Part shown: piece by piece, positions 18,110 to 32,108 of the stretch | Numbering within the stretch: position 1 is the stretch's first letter | Layout of the letters: each line of letters starts with the position of its first letter | IMG/VR virus record: IMGVR_UViG_3300028829_005098 | Span: 51,416-115,415 of that record | Strand: one strand, 5' to 3' | From: a virus | Length of the DNA stretch: 64,000 nucleotides | Program-made: the position numbers and the translations under genes | The notes under the pieces: generated by a model | Database searches by the model: none | What the model saw: only the letters and a program-made list of their open reading frames with translations | What the model was told of the DNA's origin: nothing

Positions 18110-21100
18110 TTACATATCCTTTTTAATCACCGAAATTCTTGTCTCAAATACATTAATCATCTCACCAACACAAATTGAAGTATCTTCAGGTATATGTGAT
18201 AAATTTTGATTGTTTAGTGTAATTGTTATGGTGTTATTTTCACTACTTTTAATTACACTTTCTACAATATAAAACTTTTCACTAAATTGATTGATTAACG
18301 TTCCACTTTCACACGATGAATTGTCAAAGTTTAAGTTATCAATATAAATAAGGTCACCTACATAAATATCATCAGATTTTGTGGTTGAACCTTTAAGTGG
18401 TTCAACTACAAGTGTCAATTCATCTTTTGTAAATTCGTTGGATGTGGAATCTACTAGTGCAAATGTTTTGGATTTTATATCATCACAAAAATATCTTTCA
18501 ACATTCATGGTATTTTTAAAATCCTCAATATTTTTAGGTGTCCACAGATTTATATCACATGGATGTATTTTATTTCTGTCACTTTCGATTGTTTCTCCTT
18601 CTGCATCAGTTATTTCACCCAATTTTCCATTAGAGTATGCTTCTGTAAAGTTGATGTGTTCAAATGTGGTATTTTCTCCAATTTTGTACATGAGTTTCCA
18701 CCATTTAGTTTCATCCCAATATATGTATGCCGATATATTTCCACCCAAAAGTTTATATAAAGGTTTATTGTTGTATTTTCCGTTTAGATAATAAGTTCCA
18801 CTTAAATTTTTAGTATCATCATTTGATACTGCACCATTTACACACAATGCAGTTGGAATATCGTCACTTGCATCTTTTAAATCATTTTCATTTAGTGGTG
18901 TTACATCCCAAGGAGTTGGTGTAAATGTTGGTGTAAACGATGGTGTTGGTGTAAACGATGGTGTTGGTGTAAATGTAGGAGTTTGCGTTGGGGTTTCTGT
19001 TGGAGTTTTTGTAGGAGTTTTAGTTTTGGTTGGAGTTGGAGTTTCTGTTGGAGTTTCTGTTGGAGTTGGTGTTTTGGTGGGTGTAGGTGTAGGCGTAGTT
19101 GTTTTTGTAGGTGTGGGAGTTGGTGATGGAGTTGGTGTATTTGTCGGAGTTGGTGTTTCTGGCCAATTTATCATAGAAGCTTCATTAAAAGCATAATAAA
19201 TTTCCAATTTACTTTTTACCTCAGAACTTAAATCTGTATATGATTTGATATTTTGTGTTGGTTCTACTATTGCATCGGTTGATGTAACAGGTTCGTCTTT
19301 TATGAACCAGAACGAATCTAAGTAATCTGTTACTCCGTCTCTACTCATTACATTTCGTGTTCTTACTATCGGTGGTGTTCTGTCTCTTTCACCTGCACGA
19401 TTGGTTGTTGTAAAAACACTATTGATTGTATTTCGTCTGAACATTCTTCTTTTAGAACCAATATGCTCTCGTAGTTTTCCTCTTTGTATAAGTTCTCCAT
19501 TTACTTTAATTTTGTTTACATCACATAGTCTGTAATCTATTTCATTGTTATATACATTATTCTCAATTGATGTTACAATTATGTCTCGTTCATCTTCGTC
19601 CGATGAATCTTCAAATGCTTCAATTATATTTTTGTCTTCGTTTACTTCAAAATCATTTTCAATTATTAATGTTCTATCACGAGATGTAGTTGTGTTTAAG
19701 TCAATGCTAACACTTACTTTATTAATTGTTGGAATACTACGATACTTTGATATTGTGGTGTCATATTCATATACAAATTTATTGTCTCTATAATTTAGAA
19801 TTCTATTGTAAGTGTCTTGTTCTCTTATTATTATTTCTTCATGCTCTACATCACCAAAAAATTCAAAATCAAAATTTATTTTATTTTTATTATCTGTTAA
19901 TTTTCCATCTGTGTTTAATTTTATTTTTAATTTATTATAGTTGAAATCTTTTTCAAAGATGTTTGAATCATAATTAAAATCAAGTGGAATAATACTAGTT
20001 GTTCTATTTGATGTACTTGATAATACTTTGTTAATTTTAAATGCATTTGATTCTTGAAATTCACCGACTTTTGTTTTTACCTCATAGGTAAAAGTTTTTG
20101 GATCATATTCATTTACTTCATTGGTAGTTTTATCATCAAAATCAAAGTTTATTTTTCTATTTGCAACAATTGCTTTATTTTCATTGGAAATCAGTTCACC
20201 ATTTTTGACCATATAATAAACACCAAACATTTCATCCAAATCACGATTAAATTCATCTAGTCTAATATATTCTTTATATTTAATTTGCTTATCTGATAAT
20301 ATATCAGTAATACACCAATATTCATTTCCTGTGTATTCTTCTATGTTATAGAAAACAAACCAATTATATTCACTTGCCCATACATATCTGTTATTTTTTT
20401 CTAAAGTGGTTTTACTAAATTTTACATTATTAAGTTTTTCATTATCAGATTGTGTATACAAATTTATTACATCGTATTCATCTTTTTCAAAATACAAATA
20501 AACATTACTTCCGTTATCAGAAATGTATCTTCCGTATTTAGGAAATTCTAACAATGGATTGGTGTTTTTAATTGTAACAGATTTGCTTGATAAAAATCTA
20601 ATAGGTATTGTTCCTACAATTGTCCGTGGATACACTTCCCACCCGATATCGTTATAGCCGAGTACATAATTCCAGTTCAATAAATTTTCGTAAATTGGAA
20701 ACTCAGGTAACGAAAATGAAGATGGTGGTGAGCCTTCATCTGAAACATCTGCAATGCCATATTCTCCGTAGAAATTTATTATTTCATCATCACATATTAG
20801 TTTAGTACACTTTACCTCCATATACACAGAACCATTAATATCATTTAGATTTCCTCTTTGTCCTATATACATAGACGAAGCATCTTGTGGTGTTATAGAT
20901 ATATCAAATGTTGATGTTGCATTATCAACACATGAATTACAAGCATCATCATTTCGTGTACTTCCCCAATCTATTGTAGTGTTTCCACTTTCTGACAAAA
21001 GTGTAGCATTTATGAATGCTTGTTCTATTGTTAAATTTCTATTTTGAAATGAATAAACATTTGGAGTTATATCGTATGCAATTCTAAAGTTAAAATTATC

Positions 21101-24100
21101 AGTAATACACGCACCTTCTGATGATATAAAAGTAATTCTATCTTTGTTTATTAGATTGCTTGTTTTGGTCATTAGTGGTTGTAAATCCGCAGAAACAACC
21201 CAAACAGATATACTTCCCTCTTTTGTTACATAGTTATCTTTCCATATATAATAATCGTGGAGATTTCTATAAACCGGATAATTATTTCGTGTTGTATTAA
21301 CAAGAAAGTATTCACCTTCAACTTTGTTGTCTTTGTTTGAAGTTGTGTTGTTTCCTAATAGTCTTACATTTGGTTTTAAGTCACCAAACTCATTAGTGTA
21401 AAATACCTCTATGGACAAATTAGAATCTCGTGTTGGTTGAATTTTTTCGTATATCCCACGGGTTGGAAGTTTTGTTTCAACCGAATTGATTGATATTGCC
21501 CATGCTAGTATATTGTTTCTAGCACCAATATAATTTACCGCAAATTCATCGGCAAATTCGAATGTATCGTGTATTGGTATAAATGTAAAAGAATTATCAA
21601 TTACATCTTCGTTTCTAAGTTGTGCTTGTTGCTTTACAAACTCTTGGTCTTTGCAACTCTCGCAATACATTTTAATACTAGCAGAGTATTCTTCATCGTA
21701 CTGAATTGGACCAATTCCTATATTTGAATCAAAATTATTTACATTTATTTCAAGTGGTTTCGTTGAATCGTAAATTTGTGTGTTATTGCCATATATCCAT
21801 AAAGCATTCTCATCGTCAAATAATTCGGTTTCGTCTATGTTAAATAATGTTGTTGTATTGATTTTGATACAAACCCAAGCACCTTCAACATTGGTATCTA
21901 TTAGATTTCTTTTATTCAGACTATAAAATACTAACCAATCTCCGTTTTGGTGGATGTATGCAGTTTTTCCATTCTTTCTCTGTGCAGTTGTACGATATTG
22001 TCCATTTGCCGATATAAATCTTCCAACGAATCCACTAATTATAAATCCATTGTATTCTGATGTACCGAGTATTAAAAAATATCCAGAAGATGAACTTTCT
22101 TGCGGAATATATGCTTGATTGTATATAGGATTTAATTTACAACGATACGATAGAAATTTATCTTTTACATTTATAGTAGTTATTGCGTTTAATGTGTCAG
22201 ATGTATACACGATTGCTTCTGCATCATCACTTCTATTTGTATTAAGTTCACGATTTACCCCTAAGAAATATTTAACTTTTTTATTAGCAGTAAGTCGGAG
22301 ATAAACATCATCTCCTAATTTTAATGATTCATCTATCGGAAAACTTAAATTCTGTTTTATCTCAATTTCGTCTTTTTTTATTTCATCTTCACCTGATTCT
22401 ATGTTTAGATAATTCACACCACCTCGTATAGATTCTTCATAAGAGTTTTTTACAAAATCATAACTATGAACATTTATATAGTTGCTTTTTTCTTCATCAA
22501 GATATCCAAGTAAATAAACATATTCATCACTCAACTCACTGACATTATATTTTAATATGCAACAACGATTATTCTCAAGTTCAGCAATAAGTTCTTCCTT
22601 TGAAATTCTATTAGTTTGATATTCACTTTCATAAATTTCATCAAATATTAAATTAGAATAATCAATCAATTCATCATTATTACTTAATTTTGTAGTTGTT
22701 TGCTCACCTATAAAACTATTAGATCCAGAGTATAAATGATTCTGTTTTAAATCATAACCTTTTGCATAAGTTTGTATATCACCAACAAATTCTTGTATTT
22801 TTTTATTATATACAAACTTCAATAACAAATCTATTTCATATTCTTTTCTACTAGCACTTTGCTTATATTTTATATTATATTCTAAGTTTGGATTATTTTC
22901 TCGTTGAATTAAATCTATATAATAAGAAATTAATTTTACATTTCTTAATTCAGATGTTTCTATTTTAATATTCGTATTTAATTTTATATTTGATAAAAGT
23001 GGTGGTTGAATTATGTCTTGAGTTTTGTGATGATATATGTTGTCGTATTTTGCCAATGTATTTCTTTTTGCAACACCATCTTCATAGAAAATTACATTAT
23101 TTAAATTTCTTTGAATTTTTACTTTTCGTGTTGCTTCAAGACGATTCTGAAATTTATATTTTATTTTAGTTGGTGTAGGAACAAGTTTTATTTTTTCAAA
23201 ACTTTTAGTATTTTTTTCTATTTTGCTTGAGTCGTATAGTCCTAGATCAACAAGAACATAGTTGGGATCATTTTCTACGATTTCATTAATATTGCCATGC
23301 ATTTGCTTGTTATTAAAATTACACCCACCGAATCGTTTATTGTTATAAAATCCATTTCTTAGAATAAAATCACTTCCTGTTTTTTTATTACCAACATACC
23401 CTCTTTTAAGTACACCGGAAAAGAAACCATTTAGTCTGAGTTTTTTATGTGAACCTTGAAATCTTGTGTATCCATTTCGTTTTACAACTACTTCATTGCC
23501 ATTTGAATCTAATGTTATTTCATTATATTCACCATTAAACGACCCCTTGATTTGGCAATCTACTACTCCAAATACATCTCCTTCAAGTCTCATTATTTTG
23601 TCACCACCCACAGAAATTTTGGTAGAAAATGAATAAAACTTATAGTAAGTAATCGGTCCTGTTTTTCTAACATTTAAGAAAAAATCACTCCATGTTGTAT
23701 ATGCCCCACTTAGTTTTGAAATCTCTTGTGATACATTAATAGAGAAATCAGACGGAAAGTACCCATCCTCATCTACACTTGCGTAGAATCTTATTTTATT
23801 TCCATTAGATAATATTTTTTCTGTGTTTCTATATTTAAATGGGTCTTCGTTTACAAGCACCCATGCACTTACATATGGTTCGTAATATATAAACCAAGTA
23901 GATGCAGAGTTTTTAAATACTCGTTTCTTGTTTTTATTACGTGTTGAAGTGTATCTTCCTTCAGCAGATACTATATTATTTTTCTCAGATACACTCAATC
24001 TATCTTTGTCGTTTATTACAATATCAATTGTATATTTAGTAGAAATAGTATAATCAACTAGACCTGATTTGAATTGTGAATTTGAAAATAATTCTATGTT

Positions 24101-27100
24101 AGTTTTTTCTACTCGGTGTAGTTGTCCGTCATGATAATAATGACCGAACATTGTTGTGCTTCCAATTGAATCGTGTGAAATTGAATAGTCATAAAAGTTT
24201 GTATGATAGTTGTCTTTGTAAGATATACCACTTACTTTATTGTAATTAAAGTTACTGCTTAGACATATTATATTTTCAGAGGAAGGTTTATCTTTAAAAT
24301 GCTGATTGTTTGCGAATGAAACAATATCTTTATTTTTATGTGATGCTTTTAATCGTATATTTTTAAGTGGTTTAATTTTATCAGATGATTCAATTACAGT
24401 TACATTATCTGTATTTACCTGTATTTCATTATCAACCCCAATTCCCTTTAACTTGCTTCTTTCTAATAATGTTGGTTCTACGACTAGTCCAGATATAACA
24501 CGGGAACGTGCTGGTAGTAATTTTTCAAAATTAGAAAATAATGATTCATCGAGATATGCTTTTATCGTATTTAAATAAACTCCCCAGTCGGTTCTTGAAA
24601 AGCCCTCACGAAAAAATAATTTTCTAAAGTTTTCAAGTTCTTTGTATTTCTTTTTAGAATAGTCTTCAGGGTTTCCGATATAATCACCAAGTTTAAATTC
24701 TCCAAAAAATTTAACTATCTCCTCGTTTAAGGGAATACTAGGACCAAAGAATAAACCTATTGTATTTGAATCCTTTCCGACTCTATCAAGTGACTTTTTA
24801 GTTGATCTATTATACGGAGATAACGGAGCAATTATTTCTTGTTTTTCTTGTCGTATTTTATTGTTGTTAAATACGTGCATACCAAAACTTGGTAATTTTG
24901 CAAATTCTCTTTTGAACTTTCCTATAAAATCAAACGGAAATGTATTATTATTAAAATTAAAACACTTTGCATCCTTGGGTGCGGAGTCTGAAAATGAACT
25001 ATTTGGTATGATGCCATAACCTCTTCTATAATTACTTGCATCTGAAATGTCATGTGGTGAATCAAAATTAGATTTAAATACAAGTATCTTTTTTAGCCTA
25101 GTTGGATTTTCTATATCATAAGACTGAGAAAAAAGAATGTGGTTTTCGAATCTTTTCTCTGATATTGTTCCTGTGTATATTCTTACTCTATCAAGAATTC
25201 CTTTAAATTTATGTTCCGTGTTGTTTCCTATGAACAATGATTTACTTTCAGAAAAGTTATTAAAAACTCGTTCATCAACAATCGCATCAGATTTGGAAGA
25301 GAATACTATTTTACTATCAAGTTTTCTTTTGACTACAATAGTAATTGTTTTTCTTTTAAGTTTATCAAATTGTTCACTTTTCTGTATTAATATATCGTAA
25401 CCACCTTCAAACCAAGCATATATAGGTTTTTCGGTTTCGAGTGGACACATTTTTTCGTATTCGTGGGATTTAAAATAAAATCTACCAAATTGTCTGTCAT
25501 TATCTGGTAATAGTCTTACTCCAAATTCCCAATCACCACATTCAATGATTCTAATTTGTGTACCAAGTTCTTTAGCACTCTCGTTCAATGCGACATTAAA
25601 CTCTATTGTCGTTGGTTTGTTATTATTTTCATTCCAAGGAAATTCTACATACTGATTTTCCTGTTGTATTGAGAGTCCATAATCGTATGAATCAAACACA
25701 AATGCTGGGTTGTTCGTTGTTGTATCTGAGTATTCCGTTGCTCCACCGTACTCTCTTATTGAAAATAAATTATCAGGTACGTCGTAGCATCTTAGTAAGG
25801 CATTTATCGAAGCAAGTGTTCCTTTAGTTTTTAACAAATATGGTAAATTATTTAATACACGTCTCCATACTTGATTTCTTCTATATTCAACCGAGTTTTC
25901 GTTTTTAATTCCTACTTTTGATAAATCATCAGATGAAGAATCTTGTCCATCAAAATTCATTCCGAGTGAATTTAAAAAGTAATAAACAAGTTGATCAGGT
26001 ATTCCTTTATTTGGAGAGTTTCTTACTTTCCTTGAATTTCCCATATTTTCGATATATCCGTGAACAGTATCGAAGTGTAGGCCTATGATGTTTAGAAAGT
26101 TAACAAAGTCTTCATTCGAGTCATCTCGTATCAAAAATTCAGGTATACTATTCACAAGGGACTCATCGTTACCTCTGTCAAAATACATTGCTTCTTTTAA
26201 TTTCGCCGAATACCATTGATATGCGTGTGTTTTTCTCCACTCACCTGATTCACTTGGCATATAAGAGGGAGCAAGTTTTCCTGTTTCTGGTCCTAGGTCT
26301 ATTAATTCTCTGGCACTTTTTAATTTATCATCTAAATTAAATCCCTCTGAGTCTAAAACTGATATTGTGTATTCAAAATAATAACTATCTTCTTTTATCT
26401 TAATCCAATTTGACAAAGTAAAATATTCTGTGTCTGATAATACCCAAGCACTATCTTCATTTGACCACCACAAAAACCAATTTGCTTGTTCGTGTTTATA
26501 TTTGTATTTTTTATTTAAAAAACCATTTCTTACATATCTACCATTTGCAACATCATTTTTTCCATTTATTCCAGAAATAAATAAGTTATCATTTCTTGGA
26601 TATGAGTGTTCTGAGTCTTCGTAATATAAAAACTTTTCATAACCACTTAGTGTCATAAGTTCTGTATTTAAGTCTCGTTTTGCTGAATCTAAATCAATTT
26701 TTCTTAAAACTTGAATGGCAGACTGAGAACCTCCAGAAACTGCTAGGTTATTCTCTATGTCTCTTTCTATTTGTATAATGTTATATTCAATATCTTTAAT
26801 TGTTTTAATTAAATTAGATATTTTTTGGAATTTTAAAATAAAAACTTCTAGTTGACGTGTTGCTGAAGAATACTTAATAAAATTCTTAAAATCTGAATAG
26901 TCGTATTCTACATTATTTAAATTTTTATTATAGTAACTTGAAATTGACTTACTGCTTTCATCTAAATTACTTTCTTCCTGTTGCTCCAAGTCCTCTTGTT
27001 TTAATTTTTTTGTACCTGTATTGGATATAATTGCACTTTTATTTGGACCTCTTAATTTAAAAGCATTTGTCTGTGTAGTTTTAAAGAAATTTGCTTTTTG

Positions 27101-28270
27101 CATTATATCATCGGAGTATAATCTTGATGATATGTAGATTTTTTGACTTACCTCAATTTCACTTGGAAGAGGTTCAAGTAATTTAATGACTATTGGACGA
27201 TGTTTTTTCTCATCATCTATATTTTCATTTGTAGGAACTATTGATAAAATTGGAAATGTATTTCCGTTTCCAAAATTAACAACATTGTTTAAATAAGTTT
27301 CAAATCTATCTTTATAGATTGTGTTTAAATAATCAACATCAAACAAAGAAATATAAATTGTTTTAAATAAATTATCTACATCTTCATCTACATTTTCTCC
27401 ACCAAGTCTCGGATGTGAAGATATAATGTAATTTACAGAATTTAGGTATTCAATATAAAAATCCGACAACGTAAATGTATTGTTGTATACACTTTTTAAT
27501 CTGCTTTTATACAAATTAAAAATATTATTTTTTAAAATATCTGCACTAATAAATACATCCTTTTCAGTTCCACCACCAAGCAATGTTATTGCTTTGTTTA
27601 TTATCTCGTCATACCCCTCCATTAATTCACGAAGTTCAGATTGATAATTTTCAGAACGAATTTCTACGTCTCTTAATAGTTTATCCGTGATATTGTATAC
27701 CGATGAAACCGGAAGTTTTTTATTTAACAAGTTTTCATACTCATATGAAAGTGAAATATCTTCAGGTTTATTTGATATTTTTAAACACTGAGGTATTACT
27801 TTTATTTCCGTTCGGGTGGTGGAGATTTCTTTGACAACTAATTTACTAGAATTTTCAAACGAACCACATAGATCATTCAAGAAACTATATCGTATATAGT
27901 AACTACCTCTATCTAAGTTAAGTTCTTTTGCATCATTTACAGGTGATACAAGTACATTATTATTTACACTTGTATAGTTGCTTTTGAATATTTGAACATC
28001 ACCAGTTATCTTTTCTCCAAAATAATTGGTATACTCAAGTTGTTCTCGTTCAAAGTGTGGGTTATCATCAACGACTCTCCACCCAATAATCTCTTTGTTT
28101 AAATTGTATACCGAAAATTCAACAACATCTTTTGGACTTAGTCCAAATTCATAAACATCAGGTTCTTCTTGAAATGATATACCAAGTGTAGATTTATCTA
28201 CATAATAACCTCGTGTAAGTTTACCTTCACTTTCTTCGTAGGTTTGAATATACTCTAGATTTACTGACAT
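18110..28270 (-). CDS. giant (3386 aa) baseplate/tail structural protein with a LamG-like domain, repeated aromatic beta modules and a PT linker
   Basis: [13 protein letters not shown]...SIREYGG (baseplate wedge/tail protein I-like); [15 protein letters not shown] (LamG-like); about 7 G.Y...N..P.Y...W modules; long TPTP tract. Confidence 0.75.
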   Translation of the reverse strand: MSVNLEYIQTYEESEGKLTRGYYVDKSTLGISFQEEPDVYEFGLSPKDVVEFSVYNLNKEIIGWRVVDDNPHFEREQLEYTNYFGEKITGDVQIFKSNYTSVNNNVLVSPVNDAKELNLDRGSYYIRYSFLNDLCGSFENSSKLVVKEISTTRTEIKVIPQCLKISNKPEDISLSYEYENLLNKKLPVSSVYNITDKLLRDVEIRSENYQSELRELMEGYDEIINKAITLLGGGTEKDVFISADILKNNIFNLYKSRLKSVYNNTFTLSDFYIEYLNSVNYIISSHPRLGGENVDEDVDNLFKTIYISLFDVDYLNTIYKDRFETYLNNVVNFGNGNTFPILSIVPTNENIDDEKKHRPIVIKLLEPLPSEIEVSQKIYISSRLYSDDIMQKANFFKTTQTNAFKLRGPNKSAIISNTGTKKLKQEDLEQQEESNLDESSKSISSYYNKNLNNVEYDYSDFKNFIKYSSATRQLEVFILKFQKISNLIKTIKDIEYNIIQIERDIENNLAVSGGSQSAIQVLRKIDLDSAKRDLNTELMTLSGYEKFLYYEDSEHSYPRNDNLFISGINGKNDVANGRYVRNGFLNKKYKYKHEQANWFLWWSNEDSAWVLSDTEYFTLSNWIKIKEDSYYFEYTISVLDSEGFNLDDKLKSARELIDLGPETGKLAPSYMPSESGEWRKTHAYQWYSAKLKEAMYFDRGNDESLVNSIPEFLIRDDSNEDFVNFLNIIGLHFDTVHGYIENMGNSRKVRNSPNKGIPDQLVYYFLNSLGMNFDGQDSSSDDLSKVGIKNENSVEYRRNQVWRRVLNNLPYLLKTKGTLASINALLRCYDVPDNLFSIREYGGATEYSDTTTNNPAFVFDSYDYGLSIQQENQYVEFPWNENNNKPTTIEFNVALNESAKELGTQIRIIECGDWEFGVRLLPDNDRQFGRFYFKSHEYEKMCPLETEKPIYAWFEGGYDILIQKSEQFDKLKRKTITIVVKRKLDSKIVFSSKSDAIVDERVFNNFSESKSLFIGNNTEHKFKGILDRVRIYTGTISEKRFENHILFSQSYDIENPTRLKKILVFKSNFDSPHDISDASNYRRGYGIIPNSSFSDSAPKDAKCFNFNNNTFPFDFIGKFKREFAKLPSFGMHVFNNNKIRQEKQEIIAPLSPYNRSTKKSLDRVGKDSNTIGLFFGPSIPLNEEIVKFFGEFKLGDYIGNPEDYSKKKYKELENFRKLFFREGFSRTDWGVYLNTIKAYLDESLFSNFEKLLPARSRVISGLVVEPTLLERSKLKGIGVDNEIQVNTDNVTVIESSDKIKPLKNIRLKASHKNKDIVSFANNQHFKDKPSSENIICLSSNFNYNKVSGISYKDNYHTNFYDYSISHDSIGSTTMFGHYYHDGQLHRVEKTNIELFSNSQFKSGLVDYTISTKYTIDIVINDKDRLSVSEKNNIVSAEGRYTSTRNKNKKRVFKNSASTWFIYYEPYVSAWVLVNEDPFKYRNTEKILSNGNKIRFYASVDEDGYFPSDFSINVSQEISKLSGAYTTWSDFFLNVRKTGPITYYKFYSFSTKISVGGDKIMRLEGDVFGVVDCQIKGSFNGEYNEITLDSNGNEVVVKRNGYTRFQGSHKKLRLNGFFSGVLKRGYVGNKKTGSDFILRNGFYNNKRFGGCNFNNKQMHGNINEIVENDPNYVLVDLGLYDSSKIEKNTKSFEKIKLVPTPTKIKYKFQNRLEATRKVKIQRNLNNVIFYEDGVAKRNTLAKYDNIYHHKTQDIIQPPLLSNIKLNTNIKIETSELRNVKLISYYIDLIQRENNPNLEYNIKYKQSASRKEYEIDLLLKFVYNKKIQEFVGDIQTYAKGYDLKQNHLYSGSNSFIGEQTTTKLSNNDELIDYSNLIFDEIYESEYQTNRISKEELIAELENNRCCILKYNVSELSDEYVYLLGYLDEEKSNYINVHSYDFVKNSYEESIRGGVNYLNIESGEDEIKKDEIEIKQNLSFPIDESLKLGDDVYLRLTANKKVKYFLGVNRELNTNRSDDAEAIVYTSDTLNAITTINVKDKFLSYRCKLNPIYNQAYIPQESSSSGYFLILGTSEYNGFIISGFVGRFISANGQYRTTAQRKNGKTAYIHQNGDWLVFYSLNKRNLIDTNVEGAWVCIKINTTTLFNIDETELFDDENALWIYGNNTQIYDSTKPLEINVNNFDSNIGIGPIQYDEEYSASIKMYCESCKDQEFVKQQAQLRNEDVIDNSFTFIPIHDTFEFADEFAVNYIGARNNILAWAISINSVETKLPTRGIYEKIQPTRDSNLSIEVFYTNEFGDLKPNVRLLGNNTTSNKDNKVEGEYFLVNTTRNNYPVYRNLHDYYIWKDNYVTKEGSISVWVVSADLQPLMTKTSNLINKDRITFISSEGACITDNFNFRIAYDITPNVYSFQNRNLTIEQAFINATLLSESGNTTIDWGSTRNDDACNSCVDNATSTFDISITPQDASSMYIGQRGNLNDINGSVYMEVKCTKLICDDEIINFYGEYGIADVSDEGSPPSSFSLPEFPIYENLLNWNYVLGYNDIGWEVYPRTIVGTIPIRFLSSKSVTIKNTNPLLEFPKYGRYISDNGSNVYLYFEKDEYDVINLYTQSDNEKLNNVKFSKTTLEKNNRYVWASEYNWFVFYNIEEYTGNEYWCITDILSDKQIKYKEYIRLDEFNRDLDEMFGVYYMVKNGELISNENKAIVANRKINFDFDDKTTNEVNEYDPKTFTYEVKTKVGEFQESNAFKINKVLSSTSNRTTSIIPLDFNYDSNIFEKDFNYNKLKIKLNTDGKLTDNKNKINFDFEFFGDVEHEEIIIREQDTYNRILNYRDNKFVYEYDTTISKYRSIPTINKVSVSIDLNTTTSRDRTLIIENDFEVNEDKNIIEAFEDSSDEDERDIIVTSIENNVYNNEIDYRLCDVNKIKVNGELIQRGKLREHIGSKRRMFRRNTINSVFTTTNRAGERDRTPPIVRTRNVMSRDGVTDYLDSFWFIKDEPVTSTDAIVEPTQNIKSYTDLSSEVKSKLEIYYAFNEASMINWPETPTPTNTPTPSPTPTPTKTTTPTPTPTKTPTPTETPTETPTPTKTKTPTKTPTETPTQTPTFTPTPSFTPTPSFTPTFTPTPWDVTPLNENDLKDASDDIPTALCVNGAVSNDDTKNLSGTYYLNGKYNNKPLYKLLGGNISAYIYWDETKWWKLMYKIGENTTFEHINFTEAYSNGKLGEITDAEGETIESDRNKIHPCDINLWTPKNIEDFKNTMNVERYFCDDIKSKTFALVDSTSNEFTKDELTLVVEPLKGSTTKSDDIYVGDLIYIDNLNFDNSSCESGTLINQFSEKFYIVESVIKSSENNTITITLNNQNLSHIPEDTSICVGEMINVFETRISVIKKDM
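18900..19160. repeat. Pro/Thr low-complexity coding repeat (TPTPTET/TPSFTP)
   Basis: About 85-aa PT tract, including 18-bp repeats (tggtgtaaacgatggtgt). Confidence 0.85.
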
Positions 28271-28274
28271 TTAA

Positions 28275-28865
28275 TTAAGTACCCATAAAAGGAAAAGACT
28301 CAATTTTCTCTGCTTGCTTTTCTTTTTCTACCGATGTCTTTGGTAAGAATGGAAATACATCATGAAAATCATTTGTGGAGTTGCCTTCACCTGCGTTAAT
28401 TCTTTGTGTAATGATTGTGTCCCGTGCGGCCAAATACATTTCGGCAGAATCTTCTCTAAACTTAACATTCTTTGCCATTTCTTCGTCAAGTTTCATTCCA
28501 AGTTCATCTATCTGTGTCTGCATTAATTGTTCATTTGAAATTGCTTCTGAGATTTCATCTTCTATTGATAGTAATTCTTCATCAGTTTCTATATCCACTT
28601 CTTCAATTACCTCAACATCAGCTGCGTATTCAATAACTTCAGTTGCGGTGTATGTTTCTACTTGTTCTTCTATTATGTTCAACTTCTCCATAGGAACATA
28701 AAGAAAATGTTCACCCATTTTAGTTTCTGAGTTTGCATCATTTAAATTAAAACTCATTGTACCGAGGTTATCTATGTTTCTGTTTATCTCTCCCGACAAA
28801 AGTTCTTGTAGTTTAGTCTGACTATAATTTGATTCTTGTATGAATGTTGGCAATGAATTTTTCAT
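28275..28865 (-). CDS. acidic coiled-coil hypothetical protein
   Basis: 196-aa ORF within the structural operon. Confidence 0.6.
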   Translation of the reverse strand: MKNSLPTFIQESNYSQTKLQELLSGEINRNIDNLGTMSFNLNDANSETKMGEHFLYVPMEKLNIIEEQVETYTATEVIEYAADVEVIEEVDIETDEELLSIEDEISEAISNEQLMQTQIDELGMKLDEEMAKNVKFREDSAEMYLAARDTIITQRINAGEGNSTNDFHDVFPFLPKTSVEKEKQAEKIESFPFMGT

Positions 28866-30134
28866 TTATACTTCCACAGTAAAAGTTCTAGTATCTTCGT
28901 GAATAGATTCACCATACTCGTTTTTAATTAGAATTGAGAATCTAAAATATCTACCAACATTTAAACAACCAAAGTTAAAATTAAAAAAGTGACCAGTTTC
29001 ATCGGTACTTATTTTACTATATTTGTTGAACTCAATTATTGTTTCGTTAGTTTCTGCATCTTTTATTGAATAAAACATATCATAATCAGTATAATGACTT
29101 CCACCATAAACTGCTTTCTTTAAAATTGTCTTCATTGGATTTTTGCTACGAACACCTACGTCAATTCTTAATATTTCAGAATTTTTATATTTTTTGTTTA
29201 TGGTTTTTATTTTAGAAATTATGTTTCCTGATATTTTTTGTAAATTGGTAGTTTGTTGAGTAAAGTTTTTGTGTTCAACGACTTCACACGAAGAATCTAT
29301 AAGTTTTGTTGTATCAAAGTTACTATTTAGTATAGTTTCAAGTGAAACAATATCATAATCTAATAAGTCTGTGTTTGGTTTTTCATACCCAATAGAGCCT
29401 GATAATGTTCCTGATATAGTGTTTATCGTGGATTCGTCTGTTTGTTGTGGTTCTAACAGGTTTACCGAATCTACATAACTAAATCTAAGAAAAGGTGAGT
29501 AAATAGTATTGGTATCTTTGGAATAAAACTTGATCGAACCCACCTCAGGTGCGTTTGTAGATTCTTCTTTTAACTTAATAACCAATCCATTGTTAGGAAT
29601 GTCACCCAAAATCCATCTCATTGCAATTGGAGTTATATCAACCGATACATCGGAGGTTTTGTGTGAAAATATAAAATTAGAATCAATACTATGAATTGTT
29701 TCACTACTACACTCTTTTATTGTTTCATAGTTGCTAGGTCCACCGTTTGTAACAGAATTTGTCCAAGTCTCTTCGTGGTTTCTGTATATCCAGTTTGCAG
29801 GACCATATACAGGATCTACATCAAAACCACGACCAATTCCTTCCAACCAAGATTCCGTCAAAGGAAATACTTGAAGTTGTATATCTGACGATACATCTTC
29901 ACTCTCTGTTATTTTTAATTCAAGAAATATTTTTAAATCTTTATTATATTTTACATAGTTATCCTTGTTTAATGGCATATCAAATTCCATTAAAATTCTA
30001 CTTAGAGAATGCCCACCCCCTTCACTAAATGAGTTTTTAATTTCAAGTATTTCGGAAGTACCAAACGAAAGTTCTCGTTCGTTTATATTCTTACTAATAG
30101 TTGTATCTTTACTTGGATATACAAAAAAATTCAT
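28866..30134 (-). CDS. virion structural protein (DNRLRE/CBM96-like beta-sandwich plus Ig-like C-terminus)
   Basis: KDTTI..FG..EILE..SRILMEFD..W.EG.G..VDIT...W....NNGLVIK...FYSKDTNTIYSP. Confidence 0.55.
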   Translation of the reverse strand: MNFFVYPSKDTTISKNINERELSFGTSEILEIKNSFSEGGGHSLSRILMEFDMPLNKDNYVKYNKDLKIFLELKITESEDVSSDIQLQVFPLTESWLEGIGRGFDVDPVYGPANWIYRNHEETWTNSVTNGGPSNYETIKECSSETIHSIDSNFIFSHKTSDVSVDITPIAMRWILGDIPNNGLVIKLKEESTNAPEVGSIKFYSKDTNTIYSPFLRFSYVDSVNLLEPQQTDESTINTISGTLSGSIGYEKPNTDLLDYDIVSLETILNSNFDTTKLIDSSCEVVEHKNFTQQTTNLQKISGNIISKIKTINKKYKNSEILRIDVGVRSKNPMKTILKKAVYGGSHYTDYDMFYSIKDAETNETIIEFNKYSKISTDETGHFFNFNFGCLNVGRYFRFSILIKNEYGESIHEDTRTFTVEV

Positions 30135-32107
30135 TATATTACTCTTCCTACTATGTCTCGTGATGGAAATTTGACTTCAAATATCGATGGGTCCATTGAT
30201 GGATATATTATTTTATTAATAGTCGCACCTCCGATGTCATATTCGTTTTCTGAGTAGTCTCCATCGTTGATTGTTAGATTTACAAATTCTAAATTGGATA
30301 CAGATTTTACACCTTTTATTTGAGATACCAATAATTCTACATTTCCGATTTCAATTGGTTGAGAGATCTGCCATTTGCCTATATCAAAATACTCTGTGAC
30401 TTTATTTATGCAATTTAACAAAACCTCTTTTTTATTAAAATTCTGAAAAACTGAGATTTCAAAATATACACCCACATTTATTATGAAAGCATTTGTTATA
30501 TTTATTCCATCTGTTAGCATTCTGAATTGTGTCATGTATGTTGTTAGATTATGTAATACAAGTTCGTTTGGTGCAGTTAGTTTTTTTGTTTCATCGTAAC
30601 TAAGTATATACATATTTACTGCAAATGGATTGTTTATTTCACCATAAACTGTATTCAGACCGTTGGGTTGAACATCCGTATCAGACATAGTCGATGATTT
30701 AACCAAGTCAATTTGAGACTTTGTATCTAGTATACCATCTTTTGTTACGAATGCTTTGGCAACACTTCCGTATTTACTAGGCATTGCATATGCACGAATA
30801 ACATAATCTTCTTTGGTGACTGCCCGCATTTGAGAAGATAAATTTGACAAACCTCTCATTCGAATCTCTTCGTCATCCTCTGCACCACGACCTCCTCTCG
30901 CAGGATTTGGATTATTTACCATTAAACTGTTTTTTACACTTTCAAGTACAAGTTGCTCAGATGCAGATAGATATTCATTTGAGTCGGCATAACTTACACT
31001 TGTTATTCGTGTTAATACATTTGATTTAACATTCGATTCATCACCCCCACCTATATAATATTCTACATTTAAGGTTGTGTTGCTGGGTGATTCTCCATAC
31101 GAATCACTCTTTAAAAAATTACTTGGATCATACGACATATCAAGTGTACTTTTTGTTATATTAGTATTTCTGCCAACATTATTCATTGAGGGTGTAATAA
31201 TTTCTTCGTCCAGTTTATCCGCACCCTTACCAAATTCAATAGTAACAGAATTATCTGAATTTGTGTGTGTTATATATCGCTTGGATGTCTTAATATATCT
31301 TAATATATAAGGAACTGTTGTTGCGTATTGATAAAATAGAGGATTATTTTTTTGTGTATTCTGTTCTTCAATCAAAACCAAATCTTGTGCCATATAAGGC
31401 ACTTCGTGCCAAATTGCACCTGTTGTATCTTTTACAGATACGATTTCCAAAACATTGGTTTCAGGTAGTTCTATTTCAAAAAATTCTTGAGCATCACCAA
31501 CACTTACATTTTTTTTGATTAGTGTACCACTTGTTACATGGGCACTCTTTTTTAATAAATAAAAAGTTGGTTGTCCACCTGAGTCTCTTTCAAACACACT
31601 TATTTCAAGTGGAGATGAAACATTATTTTCTGCGAATTGTATACTATTAGTTGTTCTAAATATTACATCAGGATCATCTGCTGATCTAATTTCCACACCT
31701 GATTGAATGTTTAAAGCATATCTCATGTCAGGTATATTTTTTCCATCACCATCTAACCTTGAAGGAACAAGTTGCATTATGTCAATCATAGTTGAACTCG
31801 GTTTTGCTGGTTTTGGTTTGTATCCCAAATAATTTGCAAGTGCTAATATATTCTTTCTTTCACTTGCATATTGTAAGAATCCTTCTTTAAATTGGTAGTC
31901 TACGTAATACGATAATACATCACCAACATACGATGCGAGTTCTATGAACATCATACCTGTTGAGTTTTCCGAAAAATCTGTATATGTACCAGGAAAATAA
32001 GACTTTGTATACTGAATTAAATTCTGTTTAAAACTATCAAAGTCACGACTAAGATAATTTATGTCTTTTGATTTTATATTAGAATATATTTGAAAGTCGT
32101 CTGCCAT
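30134..32107 (-). CDS. baseplate wedge subunit (T4 gp6 / baseplate J-like)
   Basis: YLSRDFDSFKQNL..YFP..YTDFSE.S.GMMFIELASYVGDVLSYY; GG.GAEDDEEIR..RAVTKEDY. Confidence 0.85.
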   Translation of the reverse strand: MADDFQIYSNIKSKDINYLSRDFDSFKQNLIQYTKSYFPGTYTDFSENSTGMMFIELASYVGDVLSYYVDYQFKEGFLQYASERKNILALANYLGYKPKPAKPSSTMIDIMQLVPSRLDGDGKNIPDMRYALNIQSGVEIRSADDPDVIFRTTNSIQFAENNVSSPLEISVFERDSGGQPTFYLLKKSAHVTSGTLIKKNVSVGDAQEFFEIELPETNVLEIVSVKDTTGAIWHEVPYMAQDLVLIEEQNTQKNNPLFYQYATTVPYILRYIKTSKRYITHTNSDNSVTIEFGKGADKLDEEIITPSMNNVGRNTNITKSTLDMSYDPSNFLKSDSYGESPSNTTLNVEYYIGGGDESNVKSNVLTRITSVSYADSNEYLSASEQLVLESVKNSLMVNNPNPARGGRGAEDDEEIRMRGLSNLSSQMRAVTKEDYVIRAYAMPSKYGSVAKAFVTKDGILDTKSQIDLVKSSTMSDTDVQPNGLNTVYGEINNPFAVNMYILSYDETKKLTAPNELVLHNLTTYMTQFRMLTDGINITNAFIINVGVYFEISVFQNFNKKEVLLNCINKVTEYFDIGKWQISQPIEIGNVELLVSQIKGVKSVSNLEFVNLTINDGDYSENEYDIGGATINKIIYPSMDPSIFEVKFPSRDIVGRVI

Positions 32108-32108
32108 A

